Below are positions 52,360-64,000 of a stretch of DNA of 64,000 nt, piece by piece. The notes beneath the pieces are model-generated. The model made no database searches. It was not told where the DNA came from and saw only the letters and a program-made list of their open reading frames with translations. The first letter of the stretch is position 1. The number at the start of each line of letters is the position of its first letter. Source of the stretch: Camelus ferus (Eukaryota). The stretch covers positions 55,554,001 to 55,618,000 of the forward strand of contig NC_045707.1 of assembly GCF_009834535.1 (NCBI RefSeq). Reading direction: 5' to 3'. A program made the translations under genes and the position numbers.

Positions 52360-55300
52360 GGAGTCATGTCAGCAACATAGATGAATAAAGCATCCTTCAT
52401 TTTACTGCCAACAATAATTTGGCATCCATCCACAGATAAAAGTATCTTTGTGGGAGCTATGGGATTCAGCATCATATGCCAAGGGACCCAGGAGGACTCT
52501 TGCCCATCCATGCATTGGGTAACAGGCATACAGACCTCAGTCCTAGCTGTGGACCCTGCAGTGGCTTGTAAACTGTCACCAGCCCCTCTCAACCACAGCC
52601 CAGGAGCCCTTGGCAAACACTGCCTTAGACAGTCACCTACAGACAAAAGAGCCTTCGTGGAAGTATAACTCTCCACTGGAGAATTTCCAGAGGACTACTG
52701 CAGAAAAAAAAAAAATGCAAGTTTGGACACATTAGAGAGGGTGAGAGGAACAGTTTGACTTTACCTGATTACTCCCTCCCCTAACGTGGCACTTGCTCAA
52801 TGCCAAGAAAGATCTTCTCACTCTGGGATTTCTCCTGCAGGGGAAAGTAAAAGTGTGTGAGTGAGCACCTGGCTTCCCCAGCTGTAGAGGATTCTGCCAT
52901 AGAGGCCCATTTCTCTCTCACCCTATCCATGAGTTATATGACTGGAGAGTGAGAAGAGGCTGAGAGAGCAGCAGATAGCACCTTTGGAAGGTGTTAAAGC
53001 AGCGTGGATCCTCTTAATTACACTGAAACTCTATCAAGAACCCTGCCCATGAGCCACTGGGGATGCCCTGTTCATGGATCCCCTCCAATCAGCCAATGGG
53101 CACCTGTATTGGTCTACACATCTTATCCACATACACCCCTATCCTGTGGCCATTCCTTTTTTATGCTCCCAACAGCAAAGACAGCAGCTTTGACAAATAG
53201 CTAGTGAGTATTTGCAGAAAGCCAGACAGAATCTGTAGGCCAGGGAGAGACAACAAACTTGAGTTTTACCTCTGCCTTTTGGAAAGTAAAAAAGAGGCTG
53301 TCAGCACCTAGCCTGGTGCATTGCAGGATCAAGAAAAAGTATATAAGCTTAAGAATTCTGTCACAAGAGTGAGTAAGAAACATCAAGCAGGCATATCCAC
53401 AGAAGGTCTGAGAAAGCCTCAGAAAATGTAGCAGGCTGATGGAAGGTATTTCTTTATTAAAGTGAGTTGATAAAAAAAGAGAGAGAGAGAGAGAGACAAC
53501 TGCTACTTCAAATGTAAAAACAGCAACACAAGATTTCAAGAAAAGTGAAAAATCAAGGGAAAATTATACCACCAAAAGATCACAATAATATTCCAATTAT
53601 TGTCCACAAAGACATGGAGATGGGCAGTTTACCCAATAAAGAACTCAAAATACCTGCTTTAAGGAAAGTCAATGAGCTACAAGAAAACATAAAAAGACAA
53701 TTCAATGAAATCATAAAAACAATGCATGAAAAAAATGAGAAGTTTAATTAAGGGATAGAAATCACAAAAAAAAATCAAACAGAAATTCTGGAGATGAAGA
53801 ATACAATAAATGAAGTAAGAAAAAAAGTAACAGACACCATTAAAAGTAGGATGAAACAGAAGAAAGAATCTGTGAATTAGAGGACAGAAACTTTGAAGTT
53901 ATCTAGTCAGATGAGAACAAAGATAAAAGAACTTAAAAAGAATGAAGAAAGCTGACATGATCTATAGGATACCATCAAAAGAAACAATCTTCAAATTATC
54001 GCAGTTACAGAAGGAGAAGAGAGGGAGAAGGGGGAAGAGAACTTACTTTAAACAAATAATGGCTGAGAACTTTCCAAATTGCAGAGGGATTTGATATGCA
54101 TCATCCCTGAAGCCCACAGGTCACCAAATTCAACTTAAGGAGATCTTCTCCAGGACACATTACAAAACTGTCAAAAATCAAAGAAAGTATCTTAAAAGCA
54201 GCAAGAGAAAAGTGACTTGTAACTAACAAAGGTAACCGCATAAGACTATAAGCATGTTTCTCAACAGAAACCTTACAGGCCAGGAGAGAGGGGGATGCTA
54301 TATTTAATGTGTCAAAAGAAAAAAAACTACCAAACTGAATACCAGCAAAGTTCTTCTTCAGAAATGAAGGATAAATACTTTCCTAGATAAATAAAAGCTG
54401 ATGGAGTTCATTACCATTAGATCTACTTTATAAAACATATTGAATGGAATTCTTCAAGGTGAAATTAATAGACACTAATCAGTAACATAAAACACATGAA
54501 AATGTATAACAAACCAGTAAAGATAAATTTATAGTCAAATTTAGAATACTCCAATAATGTAATACAGATATTAAACACATATTCTAGCATAAAAGCTCAA
54601 GGACAAAAGTATTAAAAATAACTGTAGTTACAATAATTTGTTAATGAATACACAATATAAAAAGAAGTAAAATGTGACATAAAAATATATAATTGCAGAC
54701 TAAGTGGATGAACTTCTGCATGCATTCAAAGTTAAGCTGTTATCGGCATAAAAAGACTGTTATAATTATAAAATGTTCTATGTTAGCCTCATGGTAACCA
54801 CAAAGCAAAAACCTACTGTAGCTACGCAAAGATAAAGGGAAGGGAATCAAAATGTATCACTACAGAAAAATCATCAATTCACAACGGAAAGCAGCAAGAG
54901 GAAGAAGGGAACAAAGGAATTACAAAACAGCAAGAACATATTGAGGTGACATTAGTAAGTCCTTACTTTAAAAAATGATTCTAAATGTATACAGATTAAA
55001 ATTTCCAATCAAAAGGCAAAGTATAGCTATATACAATTTTTTTAAAAAGACCCAGCTATGTGCTGCCTACAAGAAACTCACTTCAGCTTTAAGAATACAC
55101 ATAGGCTCAAAGTGAAGGGATGTAAAAAGACATGCCATGCATGTAAAAACCAAAAGACAGGAGGGGTAGCTATAGTAACATCAGATAAAACAGACTTGAA
55201 GCCAAAAATTGTAACAAAAAATGTCACTATATAATAATAAAGGCATCAATTCATCAAGAGAATATAACAACTATAAATATATATACACAAACCATGAGAG

Positions 55301-58300
55301 TACCTAAAAATATTAAGCAAATACTAACAGATGTTGAAGGGAGAAATAGACAACACAATAACAGCAGGGGACTCTAATACCCCACTTTCACCAATGGGTA
55401 CATCATACAGACAAAAAATCCGTATGTACTTGAACCACACTACAGACCTAATGAATCTAACAGACATGTACAGACAACATATTCCATCCTATAGCATATT
55501 CTTCTCAAGTACACACTGAACATTCTCTAGAGCTTATCATATGATAGGTCACAAAACAAGTCCTAGTAAATTTAAGAAGACTAGGATTATGCCAAATATC
55601 TTTTGCAATCACAGTACTATGAAATTGGAAATCATTAACAGGAGGAAACGTGAAAATTCACAGATATGTGGAAATCAAACATACACTTCTGAACAACCAC
55701 TGAAACAAAGAAGGATGAAAAAGAAAAATTCAAAATATCTTCAGAAAAAATGAAAACATAACATACCAAAACTTACAGGTTGCAGCAACAGCAGTTCTAA
55801 GAGGAAAGTTTATAGGGAAAAATATCTACATTAAGACAAATAAAAATTTTAAATAAACAAACTAACTTAACCTGGAGGAACTGAAAAATGAAAAACAAAT
55901 CAAGCCCAAAGTTAACAGAAGGAAGGAAACTGCAAATATCAGAGCAGAAATAAATGAAAATGAGAACAGAAAAATAATAGGTCAATGATCCTAAGAGCTG
56001 TTTCTTCAAAAGATAAACAAATTTGACAAACCTTTACCTAGAAATCTTTATAAATAAATAATAAATAGATACCAAGAGAAAAGGAGAAACAAATCAAATA
56101 AAATCAGAAATAAAAGGTATTATGACATACAAAAGAAATACAAAGGATGATAAGAGACTACTATAAACAATTATATGCCAATAAATTTGATAACCTAGAA
56201 GAAATAGATAAATTCCTAGAAACATACAACCTACAAAAACTAACCATGAAGAAACAGAAAATCTGAAGACACTATTAACAAGTAAGATTGAATCTGTAAT
56301 CAAAAATCTCCCAACAAAGAAAAGCCCAGGACCAGATGGTTTGTTTGATGAATTCTATCAAACATTTAAAAATAATTAATGCTAATCCTTCACAAACTCT
56401 TACAAAAAACTAAAAAGGAGGGAATACTTCCAAACTCATTTTACAAGGCTAGCATTACCCTGATACCAAAGCCAGAAAAGAACACTATAATAAAAGAACT
56501 ATGGGCCAAAATCCCTAAAGAATATAGATGTAAAAATTTTCAACAAAGTATCAGCAAAACAAATTCAACAGCACAGTAAAAGGGTTATTGACCATGATCA
56601 AGCATGATTTATCCCCTGAATATAAGGATGGTTCAACATACACGAATCAGTAAGTGTGATGCATCATATTAACAGAATGAAAGATTAAAAATCATATGAT
56701 CAGGATTGAACTTGACAAAATTCAACATCCTTTGTTGATTAAGAATTCTCTACAAATTTGGTACCTCAACATTATAAAAGCCTTATATGGCAAGTCCATA
56801 CCTAGTATTATACTCAATGGTGAAAAGTTTAAAGCTTTTGCTCTAAGATTAGGAACAAGACAAGAGTGCCCACTCTCACCACTACTATTCAATATAATAC
56901 CTGGAAGTCTTTGCTGGAGAATTAGGCAAGAAAAAGAAATAAAATGAATATAAATTGGGAGTGAAGAAGTAACATTATTTGTTTGTGTATGATATAATTT
57001 TACATATATAAACTCCTAAAGAATCCAGAAAAAAGATGTTAGATTAATCAACAAATTCAGTAAAGTTGCAGGATACCAAATCAACATACAGAAATCATTT
57101 TCATTTCTATATACTAAAAACAAAATATTTGAAAAAAAAAACAATCCCATTCACAATAGCATTAAAAACAATAAAATACTTAGAAATAAATTTAACCAAG
57201 GAGTAGAAAGCTTTGTACAGTGAAAACTAAAAGATATTGATGAAAGAAACTGAAGCAGATAAAAATAAATGAAGATATCCCATATTCGTATACTAGAAAA
57301 ATCAATATTGCTAAAATATCCATTCTACCCAAAGCCATCTACAGATTCAGCGTAATCCCTATCAAAATTCCAATGGTATTTTTTTCCCACAGAAATAGAA
57401 AAACAATCCTAAAATTTGTATAGAACCGCAAAAGATCCCAAATAGCCAAAGCAATCCTGATAAAGAACAAAGCTGGAGACTTTACAATTCCTAATTTTTT
57501 TTATAACTACAAAGTTACAATAATCATAATTGGTATTGGCATAAAAATAGAAATATAGATGATTGGAACCAAATCAACAGCCCAGAAATAAATCCTCCCA
57601 CATATGGTCAACTTATCTTGACAAGGGAGCTAAGAATGTTCAATAGAGAAGGGATAACTCTCCAATAAATGCTGTTGGGCAAACTGGATAATCAAATGCA
57701 GAATAATGAACTGGACACCTACCTTACAGTATACATGAAAATGAACTCAAAATGAATTAAAGACAAACATAAAACCCAGATCCATAACACTCCTAGGAGG
57801 AAACAGAAAAAAAGTTTGATACAGATCTTGGTTATAATTTTTTTTAATATGACATCAAAAGTATGAACAACAAAAACAAAAATCAGTAAATGAAACTACC
57901 TAAAACTGAAAAGCTTCTGCACAGCAAAAGAAGCAAAAAACAAAATAAAAAAGCAACATACAGAATGGGAGAAAATATTGGCAAATCATGTATCTGATAA
58001 GGGGTTAATATCCAAAATATATAAAGAACTCATACACTTCATTAGCGAAAACAAACAAAAAAACCCCCCAAAATCCCACACAATCTGATTAAAAAATGGA
58101 CATAGAAACTACAGAGACATTTTCCCAAAGAAGACATACAAGTGGTCGTTAACAGGTAAAAGGAAAGATTTCAACATTAATAATCATAAGGGAAATGTAA
58201 ATCAAAACCACAGTGAGATATTACGTCATACCTGTTGGGGGGTTATTATCAAAAAAAAAGATAAAACGTACTGGAGAGGATATGAAGAAAAGGAAACTTT

Positions 58301-58975
58301 TGTGCACTATTGGTGCAGATACAAATTAGTATAGTTACTATGAAAAACAGTATGTAGGTTCCTAAAAAAGTTAAAAATAGAACTACCATATGATCCGTCA
58401 ATCTACTTTTGGATATTTGGCCAAAATAATAGAAATCAGGAACTTGAAGAGATATCTGCACTTCCATGTTTACTGTAGCATTATTCACAGTAGCCAGTAG
58501 TTGGACTCTGAAGGCATTATGCAGTGAAATCAGACAGAGAAAAACTAATACTATATGATATCACTTATAAGTGAAATCTAAAACAAACAAACAAACAAAA
58601 ACTCATATAAACAGAGAGTAGAATACTGGGTGCCAGGGATTAGGGGTAGGGGAATTGAGGAGATGTCAGTCAAAGGGTACAAACTTCCAGTTATAGGAAG
58701 AATATGAGTATGTTCTAGGAATCTAATATACAGCAATGGTGACTATACTTAACAATACTGTATCATAAACTTGAAAGTTGCTAAAAGAATAGCTTTTTAA
58801 TGTTTTTACCAAAAAAAAAAAAAGAAGGAGAGAGAGAGAAAGAAATGGTAATTACATGAGGTGGTGGAGGTGCTAACTAACCCTACTATGGTCATCAAAT
58901 TATCACATTGTATACTTCAAACCTACACAATGTTATATGTCAATTATAACTCAATAAATTTTGGGAAAAATTAAT
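52360..58975 (+). mobile_element. Near-full-length decayed L1 (L1MA8/9-like): 5' UTR, ORF1, ORF2, 3' UTR
   Basis: ORF1 piece 53545-53751 (ELQENIKRQFNEI); ORF2 EN pieces 55331-55753; RT piece [22 protein letters not shown] (56696-56947); FADD decayed to FVYD at 56982-56993; many stops and frameshifts; 3' end atgtcaattataactcaataaa. Confidence 0.95.
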
Positions 58976-58990
58976 TAAAAATAATCTCCT

Positions 58991-59221
58991 AACAAATATA
59001 CACTATGTATAAAATTTAAAAAACAAAGACTTAATTTATAGCACAGGGAACTGTAACAGTATCTTGTAATAACCTATAATGGAAAGAATCTGAAAAAGAA
59101 TATATATATATAATTTTATTTTATATATATTCTCTCTCTATATATATATACTAATCACTTTGCTGGACATCTGAAACTAACACAACATTATAAATCAACT
59201 ACACGTCAACTTTTTAAAAAA
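58991..59221 (+). mobile_element. Short cetartiodactyl-type L1 3' UTR fragment
   Basis: tatagcacagggaact...tcttgtaataacctataatggaaagaatctgaaaaagaatata...aatcactttgctg...aaatcaactac. Confidence 0.85.
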
Positions 59222-60249
59222 TCCCCAAAGGTATTTGAGAAGATAATTAACTAAACTAAATACAAAAGTACTAAAATACTATTTTTGTTCAAATTTTGGT
59301 ATACCATGTAAATATTCCATATCATCAAATATTAATTTTGAGGGATTTAGTTTGGCTTCCAAACTAGCACACGTTAGAGAATGTTATTCTTGGTCAATAG
59401 GGCACCGCTGTCATTCTGCAAATTTTGTATGTGCTTAAATAAGAATTTAAAGGCAATAGTTTCTTAACAGAAGGAGAATGCTACATGTTCTCCACCATAC
59501 TAGTATTCCTGTCTCTTTTTTTTTGACTGCAGTTAAAATTGTACTTCTAAAACAGAGATCTTGAAGGTCATCTTCTCACTCGGTTGTAGTTAGTAACATA
59601 CAGACCCTCCTAAAGTATCCTTAGGAACGAACCAAACAACCTAGTTCAGGTGGCAGAGAAGCCACCTCTGCAGGGTTGTTCCCTTCTGTGCCATTTTAAT
59701 TGCTTTCTGACTTTCACAGAAAGCTGACATTTTCAATGAAGACATCAACACCAAGGCAGAGCCAACACTCATGGCTTTATACTGCCTCACATTTCAGGCT
59801 CTTACAAATATTTTTAGCTGGATCAAGTCCATAGTGCTGAATATGCTCTATTACGTCCATTCCCATGGAAACAGACACGATGTCACAAACACAGGATTAC
59901 AAATTTCACTGCCTGATGGGGCAAAAGAAAGAAAAGAAAACCTTCTTTGGCTGAAAGAACATGAGCTTTTATTTGAACAAAAAATCCTGTAGCAGGAGCA
60001 AGGAAGACCTAGGACCAAAAAATTACCTTTTCTTTCAAAAAACTGAGTTTTCCCAGAACAGAAAACTGTAGTGTGAAAGCTGGAATGGACCTATTAGGCA
60101 CACATTTAATGAGAAAATAATTTCTAGTGATGTCAGTTACTTAAGGCTGGAAGTTATTTTCAGGGCTAGTCATTCCATGTTTTTTTCACTGAGCAGCTGC
60201 TCGTATGGAAAACATACATAATACAGTAGCCCACGTATGGACTATGACA

Positions 60250-60750
60250 CCAGACTTTTAACTCTACCCCTTTTAACCATGTTGCTCAGAACCCCTAATA
60301 AATCTCTTCTTTGGGCAAAATAACATGAAAACTCCTTCATCTGGCCTTCAAGCTTCTCCAGAGTCTGACTCCAAACCCACTTAGTAACCTTAACATTTAA
60401 GACCTTACTGTATGCCCACTGCTTGTACATTTCTGCCATCCATATTTTGCTCCTGTGTTTCCCTCTAAAGTAAAAGTTCTGATCTATTATCTCCACATTT
60501 TAAAATCTGACCTATCCTTTAAGTTGTGCATCAAATGTGACTTCCATTTGGAAGCCTTCCTTCATTGCCCTAGCCATGAAAAATTTCCCTCCTGTGATTC
60601 CTTATTTCTAACCTTCTTATAAACCTAAGACTCACTGCTTTGAATTAGCTTTCTTTCTTAGACATTTTGTTCCTTCATCACTAGACTATAAGACAAAACA
60701 TTGAATTTGAAAAACACTTATACATAATGAATGCTTAGTAAATATTACTA
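60250..60750 (+). mobile_element. L2 3' fragment
   Basis: atctggccttca...cctatcctttaag...tcaaatgtgacttcc...gaagccttcc...ctagactataag. Confidence 0.6.
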
Positions 60751-61887
60751 AAAGTAACCAGTAAATTATGTTGAAATTTTCCATCTACATACAAATTTAA
60801 TCTGATTGTATCAGGTCCAGGTAGAATTTAAACTGGAAAAAAAGGTACTTGTAAATTTCAGGGCTGTATTGAAGGGACTGGGGTAATAACTAATTTGAAT
60901 AACATACTTGATTCAGAAGAACATGGTAAGTCATGGTGAGGAGGATTAATGCTTTAGCGTCTTCCTTTCATAAATGAGAAAATGTATATGCGGAGGCTGT
61001 ATGGTTTACCCAAGTCACAGTGGAAATCAGAGCAAAAAGCTGGGATTAGAGCTGACAACATCCAAGCCGGTGGCTTCACCCACTCAGCCTTATCTCTAAG
61101 AAGCCATCTCTAAGCCTCCAACATAGTAGTTCTGAACTCTCTCATGAGAGTGAGTTGCTGTTGTTTTTTAACAACTCACATCTCTCAATATCCCCCCTGA
61201 AAATCAGTCCTAGGAAAAGTCAGAGAACACAGAGAACCAGGAAACTAATATTGGCACATGGCTTTATTTACTTATGAAATTAAAATATTTCCTTTGATAG
61301 TGGCTGGGAGGCTTATAGAACTCAAATATTCCATCTCACTTCTCTAATAGAGATGCACACTTTACTGGGAGTGAGTAAATACCAAGGAAGGGACACTTTT
61401 TTTTTAAATCTCTTTTAGCCAGAATTTTTGCCAGAATTGACTCTAGATCAGAGATGACGGATGGATGCCAGCATTACTTTCCTTCACAGATCAATCATTT
61501 ATTTTGCTATAATTTGGATGGTCGAACGTGATTAAAAGAACAGGGCCAATTATTAAGATATTTGCCTGGGATCAGTTAAAAAGCCTCTAGGTACCTACAA
61601 TTAGCCGTTTAAATCTTATACACTACTGAATTAAATAAAATCTATTTTCCAAACCTACTGCCTTCAGTAATTTGATGATTACTTCTCTTCTTATTGTAAT
61701 TAATCTCTGTTTAACCTATGCAGTGCCTGATAAAAAGGAGATAAATATTTTTACTTGAGAAGGAATCATGTAGCTGAGATTTCAATTCAAGTGTACATAA
61801 ACTGAGTCTATGAGTGGACATAGCTTCAAAAGTATTTGTCAATCATATGTCAAAGAGCTAAGATCTAGACAAAGTGAATTTAGGGAG

Positions 61888-62469
61888 TGTGGTGTGCAGT
61901 TGCAGGCATGGCTCCCAGTGATCCCTGCCTCTTGATATTCATGCCTTTGGGTAATACCCTCCCTGTGCAAAATTGCTGGACCTGGAGACTTGCTTCTAAT
62001 AAATAGAATATGACAGAGATGCTGGAATGACACTTCTGTTATTAAGTTGCAAAAATCCTGTGACTTCCCTCTTGCTGTCATTCTTTATTGCCTCTTTGAC
62101 TTGCAGCTTTGATCAAACAAGCTGTCATGCTGCAGAGGCCCATGTGGTGAGGAGTTGAGAGATGCCTATGGCCAAGAGCTAGTAAGGATCTGAGTCCTCC
62201 AGTCTTGCGCAAGGAACTGACTTCTACCAACAACCATACAAGTGAGCTTGGAAGCAGATAGTTTCCCAGCTGAGCTTTCCCAGTTGAGTGGGGAGTGGCA
62301 GAGTCCCCACTGATAACTGGATTCCAGCTTGTGAGAGGCCTTGAAACAGAGAACCCAGCTAAGACATGCCCATATTCCTGACTCACAGAGATTGTGAAAA
62401 TTATAAATGTGGTTGTTTCAAGACACAAAGTTTTGGTATTTTTTTAATACAGCAATAGATCACAAATAC
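61888..62469 (+). mobile_element. MLT1F-like LTR
   Basis: gtgatccctgcctcttgatattcatgcc...gacttgcttctaataaatagaata...gtgagcttggaagcagat...cagcaatagat. Confidence 0.88.
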
Positions 62470-62559
62470 GATATAAAGTAAGATTCTCAGGAAGTTGAGT
62501 CTATCAACAGAACCAGGGACACAGCTCATGACCCAGGCAAACTAATCAGTGTATTTCAT

Positions 62560-62890
62560 ATCTAAATGCACAGTGATTGGCTTAGATTAGACATGTGACC
62601 TAATTTGGACATTCATAGTGAATCTTAAGCCACTGCACAGAATGCTGATAGACACGCTCAAGGAATCATGTAGCCCCAGGAGCAGCTGATAGCTGTCTTG
62701 GAACCACAAAAGGAGACATCTTACAATGAATTTGAATCCAAGAAAGACAGTAACAGAAAGAAATTTGGTCCTCGATGACATTACTAGACCCTAGATCAAG
62801 TCTTACTTGAAGTAACCATGGCTCTGGGTTTTTCAGTTAAGTGAAATATTATTTAACCTAGGATGAAATGAGTTGTCTGATAATTCACAG
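62560..62890 (+). mobile_element. Old MLT1K/L-like LTR remnant
   Basis: cagtgattggcttag...catgtgacc...gtcctcgatgacatt...ctagatcaag...tttcagtta. Confidence 0.5.
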
Positions 62891-64000
62891 CATTAAAATT
62901 ACCCTAAATGTCATAACTCCCATATTCCTCATGTATTTGAATAATTAAAACTAAGAATTTTAAAAGGCATTAAAAAGCACCCAAAACCTTTTCCAATTAA
63001 GTGATAAAATATATCTCCCATAACAGTAACAGTCACAAAAAGCATATATTATAACTAAATATTAATATAGAATTGAACTAAAATGAAGTGCAATGAAAGT
63101 AGCAGATAAGCAATTCAAGAAAACATCAACACAATTTAATTGTATTTGTTCTGTAATAATTAAACATCAAAGTCAACACATATAAAAGGGTACTTCTGAG
63201 GCAGCAGCAGAAGTGTCTCAGAGCCAACTTTCTTTGAAGATAAGCTATGAATTCTATTAAATAGAAAAATAAAATTGCCCCCTGTGTTGAAGATTTGGAA
63301 ACTGAAGAGAAGCTTAAATAGCTTTTGAACTATATCAACTGTGTGGGGGATTTTCTAGAAACTTCAGAGAGTTTTCAAACAATTCAATATTATACTTTCT
63401 CCCACCTAATTCCTCACTTTATTAATAAAAACTTCTATTAGACTTTATTATTTCAAAGAATGAAAAGAAAATTAAATCCTGAAAGTTACAAGAACCAAGA
63501 AAGGATATCCAGGCCCTTATTAGTGAGAAAATGGATCAGTTTCCCTTCTGTGGTGGGAAAAGATGTCCATGCAGCCACCAACCCAAGTAGCAGGGCCGTT
63601 TCCACAGGTCTGTCTTTTCGAATGGCCAGCTAAATAGATCATAAATAATCTGATCCAAAGTTTCCGCCCTGATTGCACAAACCAGCGAATTTTTGAAAGT
63701 TCTAGAAAACCCTCATATTTCCCCTGTGAACTGGCAAATGTCAAGTATTTTTATAGCAATGTAAAGGGTTCTATTGAGACAAATACCAGGCAAATTTGTT
63801 TCTTCCTAAAATCTGTTCAGCAAACTCCACTGCCAGGAGGTAAAGGAATGAAAATTTAATGAAAACCTAATATGTTCTAAGTACCATTTTAATATTAGTT
63901 ATTTGAAAATAATGCCTGCGGCGTTGTACTTCTGTTATTACCTTTACACATTTTTCTACAACTAATGACATAAATGCACTCCCTCTCCCCTCAGCTATTC

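Noticed and set aside
63520..63744. 74-aa minus-strand ORF in unique sequence
   Set aside because: Non-ATG start, no recognisable domain, length expected by chance
1..64000. CRISPR array, operon, tRNA/rRNA or intact retroelement
   Set aside because: No regularly spaced repeats, no long ORF (maximum 118 aa), no structural RNA motif seen; all LINE/LTR coding regions are disrupted

Overview
AT-rich, CpG-depleted mammalian non-coding DNA (intergenic or deep intronic). No host protein-coding exon, RNA gene, CRISPR array or prokaryote-type system could be recognised. Roughly half the window is transposon-derived: a near-full-length decayed L1 (52.4-59.0 kb), a 5'-inverted L1 (7.0-9.0 kb), a younger L1 3' fragment nested in MLT1 nested in L1MC (35.8-39.2 kb), two ERV1-type solo LTRs with target-site duplications (TSDs), many MLT1/MLT2/LTR16 LTRs, MIR, L2, DNA-transposon MITEs and very old CR1/L3 remnants. 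Every ORF in the track that I could recognise as protein is a LINE fragment. The L1 3' UTRs look cetartiodactyl, and no lineage SINEs (Alu, Bov-tA, CHR, PRE-1, CanSINE) were seen, which suggests a camelid; this is an inference. Repeat family names come from recalled consensus similarity, not a database search. I found no convincing novel biological system. The most interesting observations are small mutational-mechanism signatures, ancient CR1 remnants and a few candidate regulatory elements.
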